Source: Lama guanicoe | Lineage: Eukaryota | Direction: 5' to 3' | Assembly: GCA_013239625.1 (NCBI GenBank) | Contig: MU054187.1 | Span: 23,374,795-23,438,794, forward strand | Length of the DNA: 64,000 nt | Part shown: in pieces, positions 12,350-24,473 of the stretch | Layout: every line of letters begins with the position of its first letter | Numbering within the stretch: the first letter of the stretch is position 1 | Program-made: the position numbers and the translations under genes | The notes under the pieces: generated by a model | Told to the model about the DNA's origin: nothing | What the model saw: only the letters and a program-made list of their open reading frames with translations | The model's database searches: none

Positions 12350-12530
12350 TCACCCAGCAACCTTAGTTACTCCTGGGGAGCTTTTAGAAAATCCCTATTT
12401 TGACCCCTCTCTTCCAAACTCAAATTTAAGTGGAATAACCCTTCCTTTGGTGGGATCTGTGTATAAATAAATTTGAAACTGCCCCAAAGGATGCTAATCT
12501 GCTCCTAAGGATGAGAATAAAGATCTAGCC
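12350..12530. mobile_element. MER5A-like hAT-Charlie element
   Basis: cctggggagcttttagaaaat...ccccaaaggatgctaatctgctcctaaggatgagaa. Confidence 0.55.
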
Positions 12531-13279
12531 TATTCTTTGGACCCAAGTAGGCACTATTGATGTAATTATTTCAATTTGGTAGATGCTCATTTGTACAAAA
12601 TTTCCCAATCAAACATTGGTGACAAATATGTGTTGAAAAGTGAATGAATGAATGGATGAATGAATGAAAAGGTGTTTGAAGGGAGTACTCGAGAAACTAT
12701 TCTTTTGAGAAACACTTAACATATGGCATCTTCCTTAAATTTGCTGCCTAGATAGGACAGTGTCCTCAGTGCAGATATAAGGTAGCCAAAATTTCAGGTC
12801 ATTTGAATTCTCAGAGATATTCCTCTCAGTGTGTAAGTCAAAAACAGAAATGAATACAAGTCGTACCAACCAGAAAATTGTCTCCTCAATCCTGTAATCT
12901 TCTTTTTTGGTTAAAAAAAAACAAAGGACGAAAAAAAAAACTTGATTACATTATCCTTTCCAAAATACCAGTTTTCCACTGCAATATTTCTAGCAGAATG
13001 CTACTTAGGACAGTAGGTGTTCCATTCTTTCTCTCCCTCATGGTTGAAATCCACACATTTCACTTATACTACAAGTTTCCATACGTCATTTTAACAGATT
13101 TGTCCATGGCACAAAAGTTCCTCCAGGAGCCAAGAACTAACCCCAAGAGGAAATATGTTCAGATTTGTGTGGGGAGTTCCTAACTGTCATTTGTATTTCT
13201 CTGCACATACATCATTCTCTGCTACTCTCCAAATTTTAAATCCATATATTCTTTATATGTTCTTTAAAACCAATCTTTT

Positions 13280-13400
13280 TCATAGGTGCTAGAGTGATAT
13301 CTATGAAGAACAGAGACAGAGACCTTGCCATCAGGAAGCTTACATACAACGGGGAGAGACAGATGAGTTACAAGCTAACTACCAACAAATGAGTACAAAT
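13280..13400 (-). mobile_element. L2 3' fragment
   Basis: taggtgctagagtgata...ccttgccatcaggaagcttaca...ggggagagacaga. Confidence 0.6.
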
Positions 13401-13829
13401 AATCTAAAAGTCTTCTAATTTAAGACAGTGGGGTCCCTTTTTTCTTTGGAATGACAAATTATTGTACTTTCAGTATATACATTCTTTCCTTTTCCAAGGC
13501 TGTTAAGTAGATTTACTTCGCCGTGGTAACATATCACTTTAGTTGGAGTTTGATTTTCTGTCTGTTTAACGTCAAGGAGCATGTGTCATCTCTTATTACT
13601 CAAAGAGACTTGGTTTGTGTTTGCTGTCTTTCTTCTGAAAAGACACAAGTTGAACAAAACTGAAACTTTTATAAATCAATACAACTCTATAAACCAACTG
13701 CTTCATCCCTCTCAGGACTGCTCAGTGTCTACCCAGCTATCTTTCTACCTTTCTGTCTCTCTCTCTTTCCTCCACATGTCTGCCTCCATTCAAGAAACCA
13801 GGTGCTCTGCCTGTATTCTAAGTAACCCA

Positions 13830-14620
13830 GCACAGATGCATTGGGTATATGACGTGCAAAGGGCTACACTATGTGCTAAACTAAGCAGATATGGCCCCTG
13901 TCCACAGGGACCTGACAGTTCACGGGGAGAGACAAGGAAGCATCAAAATAAACACATGCGATCAAAATTTGTAAAGTGCTGTACAAGTGGCTAAAGAGAA
14001 TGTAACAGGGAAAGCTGCTTTAGGCTGAGCAGTAAGGGAAGGACCATTTAAGGAAATGTCCTTTGAAAACTGAGGGTGGCTGAGTGGAAGGATGCTCTGG
14101 AAATGGCCTTGACATAGAATAAAGCTTAGGAAATCTGAAGAACTGAAAAGTAGGCAGCGAAAGGAAACCCACGTGAGAGGGGGTGGTGGCACGCGGTGAG
14201 GTTCCGGGGGACAGGCAGGCAAGAGAGCAGGCATGCTTTATAGTCTGTGTCAAAGAGTTAAGTTTTTTTTTTTTTCTAGGCAGAGTGGAAAACCCCTGAA
14301 TCATTTTAGGCAAGCAAATGATTTAGGACAATTTACATTTATAAAGATCATTCAGTTAACTTTGTGGAAAATGGTTAAAAAGGAGGTAAAAGAAGAATCA
14401 GAAACTGCTTAGACTGTGAGAGGATTTTGTTGTCCAGTTGAGAAAAGATGAGAAATTGGTTAACCTGCTGGGTTACTTAGAGTACAGGCAGATACGGAAC
14501 AAAACTCATCAGATTTGAAACTTATTTTGGAATTAGGATTTATAGAGCTTGCTCATAGTTTAGACTCAGGAGTGAAGGAGACGGAGGACTCGTGAATGGC
14601 ACCCAGGTTTGTCACCCAAG
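13830..14620 (-). mobile_element. L2 (L2a-like), ~800 bp
   Basis: ggcccctgtccacagggacctgacagttcacggggagagaca...ttttaggcaagcaaatgatt...aaagatcattcagttaactttgtggaaaatgg...gaatggcacccaggttt. Confidence 0.8.
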
Positions 14621-15982
14621 CACACACATATCTACAGCATGGAGAAAAAGACCTCAAGCATGTCCTACAGATGACTGTAACAAGGGCAAGTTCGTTACGC
14701 TCTAGGCAAGGAGACTTAATCCAGTCTAAAGGTAAAGGGAGGCGTTCCTGAGAAAGCCAAGTTTATGCTGAGACCTGCATGACAAGAAAGAGGTCATTGG
14801 CAAAGAAGTGGTCTCTTTATGCCAGGATTTTGATTCTTCATTTCTTGTTGTTAAATAGTTCATTTACTTCATATTTCTTCCTTCAGATTTTTAATTGACT
14901 CATCTTATCTTTTACAATCTAAGCCATACACACATATAGGTCAATGCCCGGGTCTATGTTTGGTTTCTCTTACATAATATGCCTAGAGAGAGAGGCATAG
15001 TCAAGATGTCATTTAGAAGGGGACATATGTGTTGCTTAGGGTCAGATGGTCAATTCCAGAAAAGGAGCTTTCTGGTTCAATGTCCTATGACATCACTTAA
15101 TGTCACAAGATGACGTGTCTATAGTCTACTTCTCTCTTGTCCAGTTGGAAGAAACACCGATTATTTTTTCTCACATTTAACAAGAGCCTGGAGGGAAGGT
15201 GTGGTCCTCTTCAAGTTGTTTCCCATCTCAGCTCCAGACAGAAAAGAAACCATTAGTCATAGATGCATGGTGACCTCTGAGACTCAGCAAGTCCAGGGTG
15301 GTCAGAAAGCATCACTTTGAGTTATCATTCCCTCCAGGAGATGACTGAATGGGTGGAGGCTCTTGGGCCTCATTATCCCATTTGCCAACCCATTTTTAGT
15401 ATATTTCTTAACATCTGTGAACGGTTTAGTATTCCAAACAAGGGGTCATTAAATCAGCTTTGTTTATGACTGATTCCAAGAATCTCTGATCCTGCATAAA
15501 TTCAAAAGGCAACCAAAAATCTTCTGATGCTCTTTGTCCAAGGAAATATATTAAATTGTTTTACAATAGATTTCTTATCTACAGTTCTCATTAATGTTAA
15601 TGGAATGATCTACTTTGCCCTCTGTGCTTATTTTTACATTAAGCCATGTTATTCTGAAGATTAATTAAGATTTTAGGCCAGACCACCAGGCCAGTGTCCA
15701 TGTTTAAGGCCTGGCAGGAATTTGCTGGTACTACTTTCACATGAAGGATTTATTGCTTGGGCTAGGAAGTTGGGATGACAACACTGGCAATGAAGTACAT
15801 GTCATGGAGCCATCCAGACCCCCTGGTGCTTTGTTTCCTACTTAGGCACAGTTCTGCTGAATCCTTTCAATAACCCAAAAGAAGCAAGGGGGACACCAGG
15901 TGAATGGAGGCTAGAGCTGCAAGCTGCCGATAAAGGCAACTGTCTCAGGCTGAGGACTTAGGGATGAGAGGCCACATCAGAC

Positions 15983-16186
15983 TGAGACAGGCGGGAAGCA
16001 GGCAGGGCACAGTCCGTGAAGGAATGACATAGAAATTATGGACAGGATGAGCTGGTTAGAATCAAGATGGCAGACCACACTCTGTCTATGGAGTGTGGAT
16101 CTCTCTAAATAAACTTGCTTTCACCTTACTGTGCCTTGCTCTTGAATTCTTTCCTGTGTGAGGCAAGACTCTATTCTCCAGCAACA
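15983..16186 (+). mobile_element. Short (204 bp) ERV1/MER41-like solo LTR
   Basis: tgagac...gcaaca termini, flanks agac/agat, caagatggc motif, aataaa, cttgaattctttcctg U5 motif. Confidence 0.75.
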
Positions 16187-16539
16187 AGATTACTATGAAA
16201 GGATATTCTAACCTGCCACTGGGTGCATAGCCTCGTCACTTCTATGTTGTATTTTTTGAGGTTATATAGGGCATTCTTGAGGTTTCGGTGAAGAAAGCCA
16301 CCCATGACCTAAAACAATAGGACTCTGTATTATTTAGGGCTGTACTTCCCAGTATTACTAATGTCATGACATACTTAGAAAAGGGTTAAACAAAATAAAA
16401 CTCTTTGGAAAGAGGATGACTGGCCTAAGAGTTTGAGCAGCTTCAAGTCAGGTTCTACCCAGCCACCCCAAGGGCTGAGGAGATCAATATCTTGGCACAC
16501 TTGAAACCCATTTGTGGGATGCCAGTATTTTGTGGTGCA

Positions 16540-18826
16540 CGGCCAAATTAAGATCACTTAACAAGATAGCAATTTATTTTCCTTAGGAGATAAAATGATG
16601 GCCCAAGTCTTATATGGCGGCCAGGAGGTCAGACCAGCTCCAGCTTGTAGCTTCAGTATCCCCGAAGCAATTTCTTTGTCTACGTGAATCAAGATAGTTC
16701 ATCATCAACTTCTTGTTTCAGGAAGCTGGATAAAGGAATGGGGGAATGAGGGCATGCCCCTGCCTTTTAAAGGTATAACATAAAAGGGACACACATCTCT
16801 TCTTCACACACCATTACTAAACTTAGTGAAACAGATGGGCATAATTGTGAGAGAACTTGAAGAATGCAGTCTTTGAGAAAATAAATTGATTTTTTTTAAG
16901 TGATGTTATGGAGGAGTAATTGGGTATTGGGAAACTAGTAGTTTTTCTACTGTCTGCCTTTTTGGTACCTAAATATCTCTATGTGCCTTTCTTTGTACAG
17001 ATAGATGATATTCATCTCTTCTCTAAAAGATACACTTCTGTATGTCCAGTAAATGAATGTGCTCACAAACTAGGGGATCTTGAACACACATACACACACA
17101 AATGATTTCCATAAAATTGGGACATCAGAACAAGATAACATCCCTAAAAATATATATATTCAGAGAAAAGGGAAAATGGGAAAAATACAGCAGCCCCGTG
17201 TCAAGTATCAAATCCCACTGGATGGAAACTGCAAATATATCTCCACTTTGGCAGTGAAGTAAGTTCCTTGTTTATCCCATCCCACAGCTCCTGGTTCCGA
17301 TCTGTTGGAGGAACAGCCTTTCACATCATCCTCCGTTCATCCCAGAATCTTCCCCTGGAAGGTTCTTCCCCTGGAAGTTTCTTCCCGTCCATCACCTTAA
17401 ATGACTATATCCAAAGTGGACATTAGAGAACTGGCCTTTCTTGGCAGCTGCACAGCTTTAACTGCCCTGTTCCTGCCACCACACTTTTGAAAGCATAGCC
17501 ATTACTTAGGTCACATGCCCCTTGGCAGGTAGGTTTGACATTTCTTTATCAGTACAGCCCTCTAGAAACTTAATAGATTTCTAGTATATTTGCTTCCAAC
17601 AAATTCCAAGGGCAGGTAACCACTGCCAAAGATCTCATTTATTTGTATTTTTTTGTAAGCCAGAAGACTTTATTGTCTTTATTCACTAGTCTCTCTGCTC
17701 ATCCCTCCTTCTTAACCTAACAGACACGCCCTTAAAGCAATCTAGGTAATAGGTTTAGGTCAGAAAGACAAGCCCTTTAATAGGATTTCTGACCCCAGGA
17801 TGGCTTCCTTTCTCCAGCCTACGCATCTCACATGGGAAGTGTTTGAGAAATACCTGGGGGCCTATCCCTATCTTCAGAGCCACCTCATATAAGTGTTTTA
17901 GTTTAAGCTACAAAAGCAGATTTTGTATTTTGTTTTAACACCCAAGGCTCCTGGTTACCAGCCACTCAGCCAACCTGGGTTGCTGAATGCAGGCAGAGTG
18001 CCCCTAATCCTCAATGCATAGATTTAAATTTCTCCTTGTAAAGTGATTAGCAATAGCCTGAGTTCACTTTTTTTCTTTGCAGAATTTGTTAAAGGCATAC
18101 AAATGTATCTTGTCATGCAGGAATTTTTTGTAAACTATCTTTTCTAGCGTTATAGTACTGGCCAGCATATGGTCTGATTTTCAAGATAGTATATGCAACA
18201 ATTTTACCAAATGCTTTTAAACAACATCCCAGCTTTTCAGCCAGAAATATTTGTGTCTTTGCTACCTACCTCCCAACAACGTAGCCAATAAATATTACAT
18301 ATTTCAAGATGTGCTATGTCAAGATGTCACTTTCAGGTGCCAAATTTTATGGTATTTAGGACATATTTCAGCTGTTTAGCAGAGACTCAAAAGTACTTAT
18401 ATGAGGCAGAATTTTATTTCTTTCTTAACAGCAATCTGGATATGGGCTTTCAGGGCTACTAAAGCAGATCTACTTTACAAGAGCACCCAGAGATCCAGGA
18501 TCTTTCTAGACTGTTCCACATTTCCTAGAGGATTGTCCTTGCCCACGTGGTATAAACTGTTCAACACTGTGTCCACACTTCAGAAAACAGCATGGAGAAA
18601 GATGAAAAAAGGAAGACATGATCCTTTAAGATCATGACTGAGAGGATACATTTCCTCTTTTCACAGACATCATTGGCCAAAACTTAGTAACAGTGCCAGG
18701 ACTACTTGCAAAGGATGCTGGGAAATGTAGTTTTGGGCTAGGAGGTTTTTTATTTACCATGGAATTCTATCACTATGGAAGAAGAGGAGACTCTAATTTG
18801 GATGGAAAGTGTGAGTCTCTTGCACA
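16540..18826 (-). mobile_element. MLT1 (H/I/J-type) MaLR with both LTRs and internal region
   Basis: Similar LTRs at ~16540-16950 and ~18350-18826 (cattggccaaaacttagt...gctgggaaatgtagt...tctcttgcaca); caggtgccaaattt at ~18334-18347 matches the MaLR internal/LTR junction. Confidence 0.7.
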
Positions 18827-19539
18827 AGTTCCTTTGTTTTTCAAGAATCCCTTGCCACTGAACAGCTTTGTTTCCTCTAGTTAAACAGTACACATACTTA
18901 GAGAATCCATGACCTTTAAAAATGAAATTTCTGAAAATAGAAAAAAAGATTTGAGAGAAGTTTCAGATTATAGTCTTCACTGTTTTGCCAATGACTGTTA
19001 GCTGGTACTTGCTAGAAGCTTGAGTTATATGAACCATCCTCTAAAACGTTGTCTTTTATATCTCTTTTTAATAGGGATTTATTTTTAATTCTTGCTACCA
19101 AATATTTATTTGATCTCTTAGCTTAATGGAAGTTGAAGGTTTGCTATGTTTCTAAGACACAAAAACATTTATGTTGAGATTTTCCAAAAGTTTCCTAAAA
19201 TTGCTCAGAATATGAATTATATCAACTATGTTGGAAGCAGCAATGAATGGGTTTTCCCCAAATATATGACGTAATTACTGATTTGAGCTCTGAAAAATTT
19301 TGTTATTACTCAGCACATAGTAACGAACACTTTAACAAGAAAAAAAGTAGTTCATTGTACTGCTTTCTAAAATATCATGCCACACTATTAATTACTCCAG
19401 TTAATATCATGTTGCCAACAATGTTTATCAGCAAGCTAGGATTTAAGAAAATGACCTTTTCCCCAAACCAGGTATGTCTCTTACACATCATCCAAGGTCT
19501 TGCTGACACAACATTTCTAACACGGAAGGTATAACTATG

Positions 19540-19742
19540 TTGAGTTTAGACTCTCAGTTAAACCACTTACAATGGCGCATCCTGGGAAAATAATTTACCA
19601 CTCTAAGGCTTGGTGTTCATATCAGTAAAGTTCAGCTAATAAAACTACCTACTTTTTGGATTAATGTTATGGTTAAATGAGATTATGCATAAAGTGCATT
19701 TATAGAGTGTCTAGCATATGGTAAATATGCAATGCTTAGCTG
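19540..19742 (+). mobile_element. MIR SINE
   Basis: ccacttacaatggcgcatcctgggaaaataattt...ggttaaatgagattatgcataaagtgc...tctagcatatggtaaat. Confidence 0.75.
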
Positions 19743-19789
19743 TAACCCCAGTGGGAAGTCCCATATATATTTATGTGGAAAATAATTCA

Positions 19790-20106
19790 AACAAAATACT
19801 GCATGAAATGAGCTAGATGCAAAAGAATACACACTGAATGACTCTGTAGTTCAAAAAAAAAATAAAATAAAATGGATCAATCAGCAGTGTTAGAAGTTAA
19901 GATAGAGGTTACGTTTGTGGTGAGTAGTGACCGGCAGAGAGCATAGGGTAGGTTTCTTAACTTTCTGGTAATATGCTGATTTTGGATAATGTATGCTGAT
20001 TAAAATAGCGTGATAAATTTGTAACCTTTTGTGACTTTTGTACTTTGTCTTCTGATCTATTTACTTTTGTATGTCTATGCTTAGGTCAATCAAAAAAAAA
20101 GTTTAA
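19790..20106 (+). mobile_element. L1ME-type 3' end
   Basis: agctagatgcaaaagaatacacactgaatgactc...gtgttagaagttaagatagaggttac...A tail. Confidence 0.7.
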
Positions 20107-20679
20107 AGCCTTTTGATAAAAGAGGGTGACCTCTGAATAGAAACCCTTTCAGTCTGTTATTAAAACAAGCAACCCAACTTTCTAGAAGAAACAGCAGTAA
20201 AGCAAAAAGATTTTTATGTAAAGCAGGCATTTTTGAAGCCTTTGCATTATTCAAAACTCACCTAATCCAGGATGAATTATTTCATAACAATAAATGCAAA
20301 TAAGCATTTGCATTAGTTTTTGAAAATTTGGTTCATGAAATGAAGTTTCATTAATAATTTATATGGCACTATTTTAAACCAGCAAAATCTGAATTAACAT
20401 AAAATGCACAGCATTTATAATTATCACATTTCTCAACATTAGCTAGAAAAGATTTCATCTTACCCTTGCTTCAGGACTGTAGACAACCCTGGTGTCTAGC
20501 AGAATATTTGGTAAGTGTTTGATAGATATATACAGAAAGGCTGCTTTTTGAAAGTTGGTTGCTCTCTAATATTAATAAGGAGGTTGTCCCTCATCATATT
20601 GTGTCATGAAGATAGAAAAGGGAACGCAAGAGGCTGCTAAACACAATTGGTGTTAATCTCTTAATAAGAACCAATACAA

Positions 20680-20917
20680 ATAATAGCTAAATATTACTGA
20701 GTATTGATCATGTGCTCTATCTCTGGTCTAAGGAGTTTACACATGTTTAGTTCTCACATTGAATGGACACAAAGTATTAATTTTCTCAGTTTTGAGATAA
20801 TGAAACTGAGGCGTGTGGATGCTAAGGGAATCGTCCAAGAACACCAGCAAGAGGAGAAGCAGGCTTTGAACCCTAAGCACCCTACATCCAGAGAGAGCGA
20901 GCATGATTAATACTGCT
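20680..20917 (-). mobile_element. MIR SINE
   Basis: aatagctaaatattactgagtatt...gataatgaaactgaggc...ggctttgaaccctaagca. Confidence 0.75.
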
Positions 20918-21200
20918 CTACGTTCTACATTCCCTCACCCCAGCCCACCTCCCAGCCCCCCAGCAAACTGTTTCTTCCGACAAACATGAGTTCCGACAGA
21001 GCAGAATGCAAAGTTTGCATGATTTTGTAAGGTAAAACACATAACCACTCAGAATTTTTTAAGTCTTCCAAGTGGTTTCTTTTCGATGTCTCCAGATTTC
21101 CACTGCTATTTCCAAGGAAAATTTTAAGGAGTTCTACATGAAGGTATTCTTTCCAATGAAGCAGCTGAGTGGGGGCAGCAACACATGAAAAGTCACTGGA

Positions 21201-22060
21201 TTTGCATTTGATTTGCAGAGAAATGCAAATCAAAACTACAATGAGGTATCACCTCACACCAGCCAGAATGGCCATCTTCCAAAAGTCCACAAATGACAAA
21301 AGCTGGAGAGGCTGTGGAGAAAAGAGAACCCTCCTACACTGCTGGTGGGAATGCAGTTTGGTGCAGCCACTGTGGAAAACAGTATGGAGATTCCTCAAAA
21401 GACTAGGAATAGACTTACCATATGACCCAGAAATCCCGCTCCTGGGCATATATCCAGAAGGAACCCTACTTCAGGATGACACCTGCACCCCAATGTTCAT
21501 AGCAGCATTATTTACAATAGCCAAGACATAGAAACAGCCTAAATGTCCATCAACAGATGACTGGATAAAGAAGAGGTGGTATATTCATACAATGGAATAC
21601 TACTCAGCCATAAAACCCGACAACGTAACACCATTTGCAGCAACATGGATGCTCCTGGAGGATGTCATTCTAAGTGAAGTAAGCCAGAAAGAGAAAGAAA
21701 AATACCATATGAGATCATTCATATGTGGAATCTAAAACAAAACAAAATAAAACGAAAACAAAGCATAAATACAAAACAGAAATAGACTCACAGACATAGA
21801 ATACAAACTTGTGGTTGCCAAGGGGATGGGAGGTGGGAAGAGATAGACTGGGATTTCAAAATTATAGAATAGATAAACAAGATTATACTGTGTAGCACAG
21901 GGAAATACATACAAGATCTTATGGTAGCTCACAGAGAAAAAGTATGCGACAATGAATATATGTTTGTTTATGTAAAACTGAAAAATTGTGATCTACACTG
22001 GAATTTGATACAACATTGTAAAATGGTCCTAAATCAATTAAAAAAAAAAAGAAACAGAAA
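21201..22060 (+). mobile_element. Young camelid L1, 5'-truncated (ORF2 C-terminus, 3'UTR, polyA)
   Basis: perfect 14-bp TSD gaaaagtcactgga (21187-21200, 22061-22074); ORF2p Cys-rich C-terminal translation. Confidence 0.97.
21217..21735 (+). pseudogene. L1 ORF2p C-terminal fragment with premature stop
   Basis: [19 protein letters not shown]...[23 protein letters not shown]...[18 protein letters not shown] at 21529-21531 replaces the conserved Trp codon. Confidence 0.9.
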
Positions 22061-22991
22061 GAAAAGTCACTGGAGTTGAAAAGCTGGTAGTAAATAAATG
22101 AAGAGGTTATCTACCAAGTATAGAATCTTCCCCTTCCCTTTTATGGAATCATTGAAAAGAAACTCTGTTTTACTTAAGAATTCAGTTTACATCTTCTAAT
22201 TTAACTTTAGTATTTTAAATTCTATAGAATGCGGAAAGAAGTAAGAAGTGCTTGCTTTAAAAATTGATAAACTCAAGTTAAGAATACCTTTCAAAGAAGT
22301 CTTTCTTATTTGGTTGTAAAAATATTTCTCCTGAGACTTAACCTGCCTATTGTTAAATCAGTTAACCATCAGCAACAATCTTAGTTAGTGAACTTTCAGG
22401 CAGTTGCCCATTTGAAATTGCAGTAGAGGGTTTCTAGTTCCGTGATCCACGGAACAAAATATCTAATGAATGTAGTATTTAATCAACGGGCACTACAAAA
22501 AAAAAAAATTCAACCCATCTTTTTTTTTCCTATAATATAGACAAAGCAACTGGTTGGCGGACCCACAACGGTCTTTCACTTCCCAGCTGTTTGCTGCAGC
22601 CATGCATAGACAGTGTCTATAACGAATTATGTTACTGCTTGATATCCCCTTGGCTTCTTACACCAACACCTAGAGCTGCACCTTTTCCCTGAAAGGCTTG
22701 TTTGTCTACTCCAAATGAATGTGGTCATTTTCAGCTTAAATGTTCTTCCCTCTGCCACTGTTAATTACCATTCTCTCTTCTTAAATCTACCAGATGCTGC
22801 CACTACAAGGAATAAAAAAATCTACCTTGTAAGATACTTAAGAGAGTCTTTTTGTTGTTTTGTTTTGGGTTTGGGGTGTTTTTTTTTTTTTAGCAAGATA
22901 GCCCCAGGATGCAGAGGCAGCAAACTGAACAAAGATATCTTCTTGCCTAATACAAATATCTGGCTCAAATTTTTAGAGACAAAATTAGAAG

Positions 22992-23348
22992 CGTTAAAAT
23001 AATTACACAAGCAGGCCATCAGACTGTGGTGGCTCTCATGCCTTGGTATCCTATGTAAACAAATCAAAACCTAAGCCAGACTCAATGCACTGGAACCTGA
23101 GACAATCAAACTTAAGAATGACCGATCAAAAGCAGCCCACCAGGCTTTCCCAAATAAGGCAACCACTTAACAGCAGAGCCAATCAAATAATCCCATTTTG
23201 CATCCCATCATCCCTGTGGAACTTTCTCCCCTTGCTCCCGGCAGTGGCGCTCTCCTGAGCACTTTGCACTTGGCACTGCCTGATTCTAGTTGCCGTTTGC
23301 TCAGATAGCTCTTGTAAATGTCAGTGTGCCTCAGTTTCTCTTTCAACA
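22992..23348 (+). mobile_element. MER67-like ERV1 solo LTR
   Basis: gttaaaataatt...ggccatcagactgtggtggctc...ccaaataaggc...ccaatcaaata...gtgcctcagtttctctttcaaca. Confidence 0.8.
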
Positions 23349-24052
23349 GGGGAAAATGAGTAATATTCACTGAGATGTATCAGCTAAAGAATTAATTGGG
23401 TCATTTTAAAATCTGAAGAGAAAAACTGATTTTTTTTTTTAGTTCTGAACACTGTTGAAACCATATTTATAATACAGAAAACAGTACTTAAAATGAGAGG
23501 AATCATAAATTACTACTCATCATGTTGTGAAATAATTTGTGTCTGAAAATGTTCACTGTTATTTCACTTCATCATCTCCTATGCACATGCTTAGCAGTGC
23601 ATTTAGGGTATTACATACAGTAACAAATATTAGTAAAAAGGATGCATTTACATTTAATTATGTGATCTTAAGTGTTTTCCATACTTCATAAATCTAACGG
23701 CACCTAAGTTAAGTTCCTGGTTGAGTTGAAATATTAGGGACATTATAATGAAATATATGTTCATTTGCCCAGTTTTAGGCAGATTCTGTGTGCTGAAGAT
23801 ATTTTAAAGTGATAATAATTTGATGTACGTGTGTGCCTAATTATTAGGAAGAACTTTGTCCTGTACCAAGAGTGATAGACACAAAAGTTATACTTGGGCT
23901 GTGTTTTAAAAGCCTTCTCAAAATAAAACTCAAATAATCGATAAACTCTTCTTCAAAAATAAGTCCGGGCTCTTTACGCCCTTGTCCTCCTCTAGTTTTC
24001 AGAGTAAAACTGAGCCGCTTTAAGCCTTCCCCTTTGTCACTGATGAGAAAAC

Positions 24053-24473
24053 TGTGAAAATGGAGTCAGGAGTCCCTGAAGGGGGCGCTGTCACGCCTGC
24101 AGCCTACTTCACCAGCAGGAAAAAAGAAGAGAATTACTCTGATGAGGGAGGCCACTTTCCACCTGGGAATTGAATCTCCTGCTTTTAAGAAAAAGGAGAT
24201 CTCCCCCTACCACAGCGACAATGCTCTAACCAGCCCGTGCAGCCAATGAGAAACCGCCGCACCCTTGAACTCTGGTCTCTTCCCCCCAAACTTCTGTTCA
24301 AAATGATGCTCCCCAATTTCCTCCTGAGACCTAATCAAAGCTGACTTTTCTTGTGTTTCTTCCTGTGTTTCTGCATAGCCTGCTTGTCCTGGGTTGTGAT
24401 TCTTCTGCCATTCTCAAATAAACTCAATTTTGCTTTCATGATTTGTCAAAAAAAAATTTTTTTTAAGGTTGCA
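24053..24473 (+). mobile_element. ERV1-class solo LTR (start could be 24041)
   Basis: aaaatggagtcagg start, CCAAT box, attctcaaataaactcaattttgct polyA region, ends aaggttgca; aaaac on both flanks. Confidence 0.75.

Noticed and set aside
17348..17386. Direct repeats as CRISPR-like array or STAT sites
   Set aside because: Simple 16-bp tandem duplication with no spacers in a mammalian genome; TTC-N5-GAA spacing is not a STAT site.
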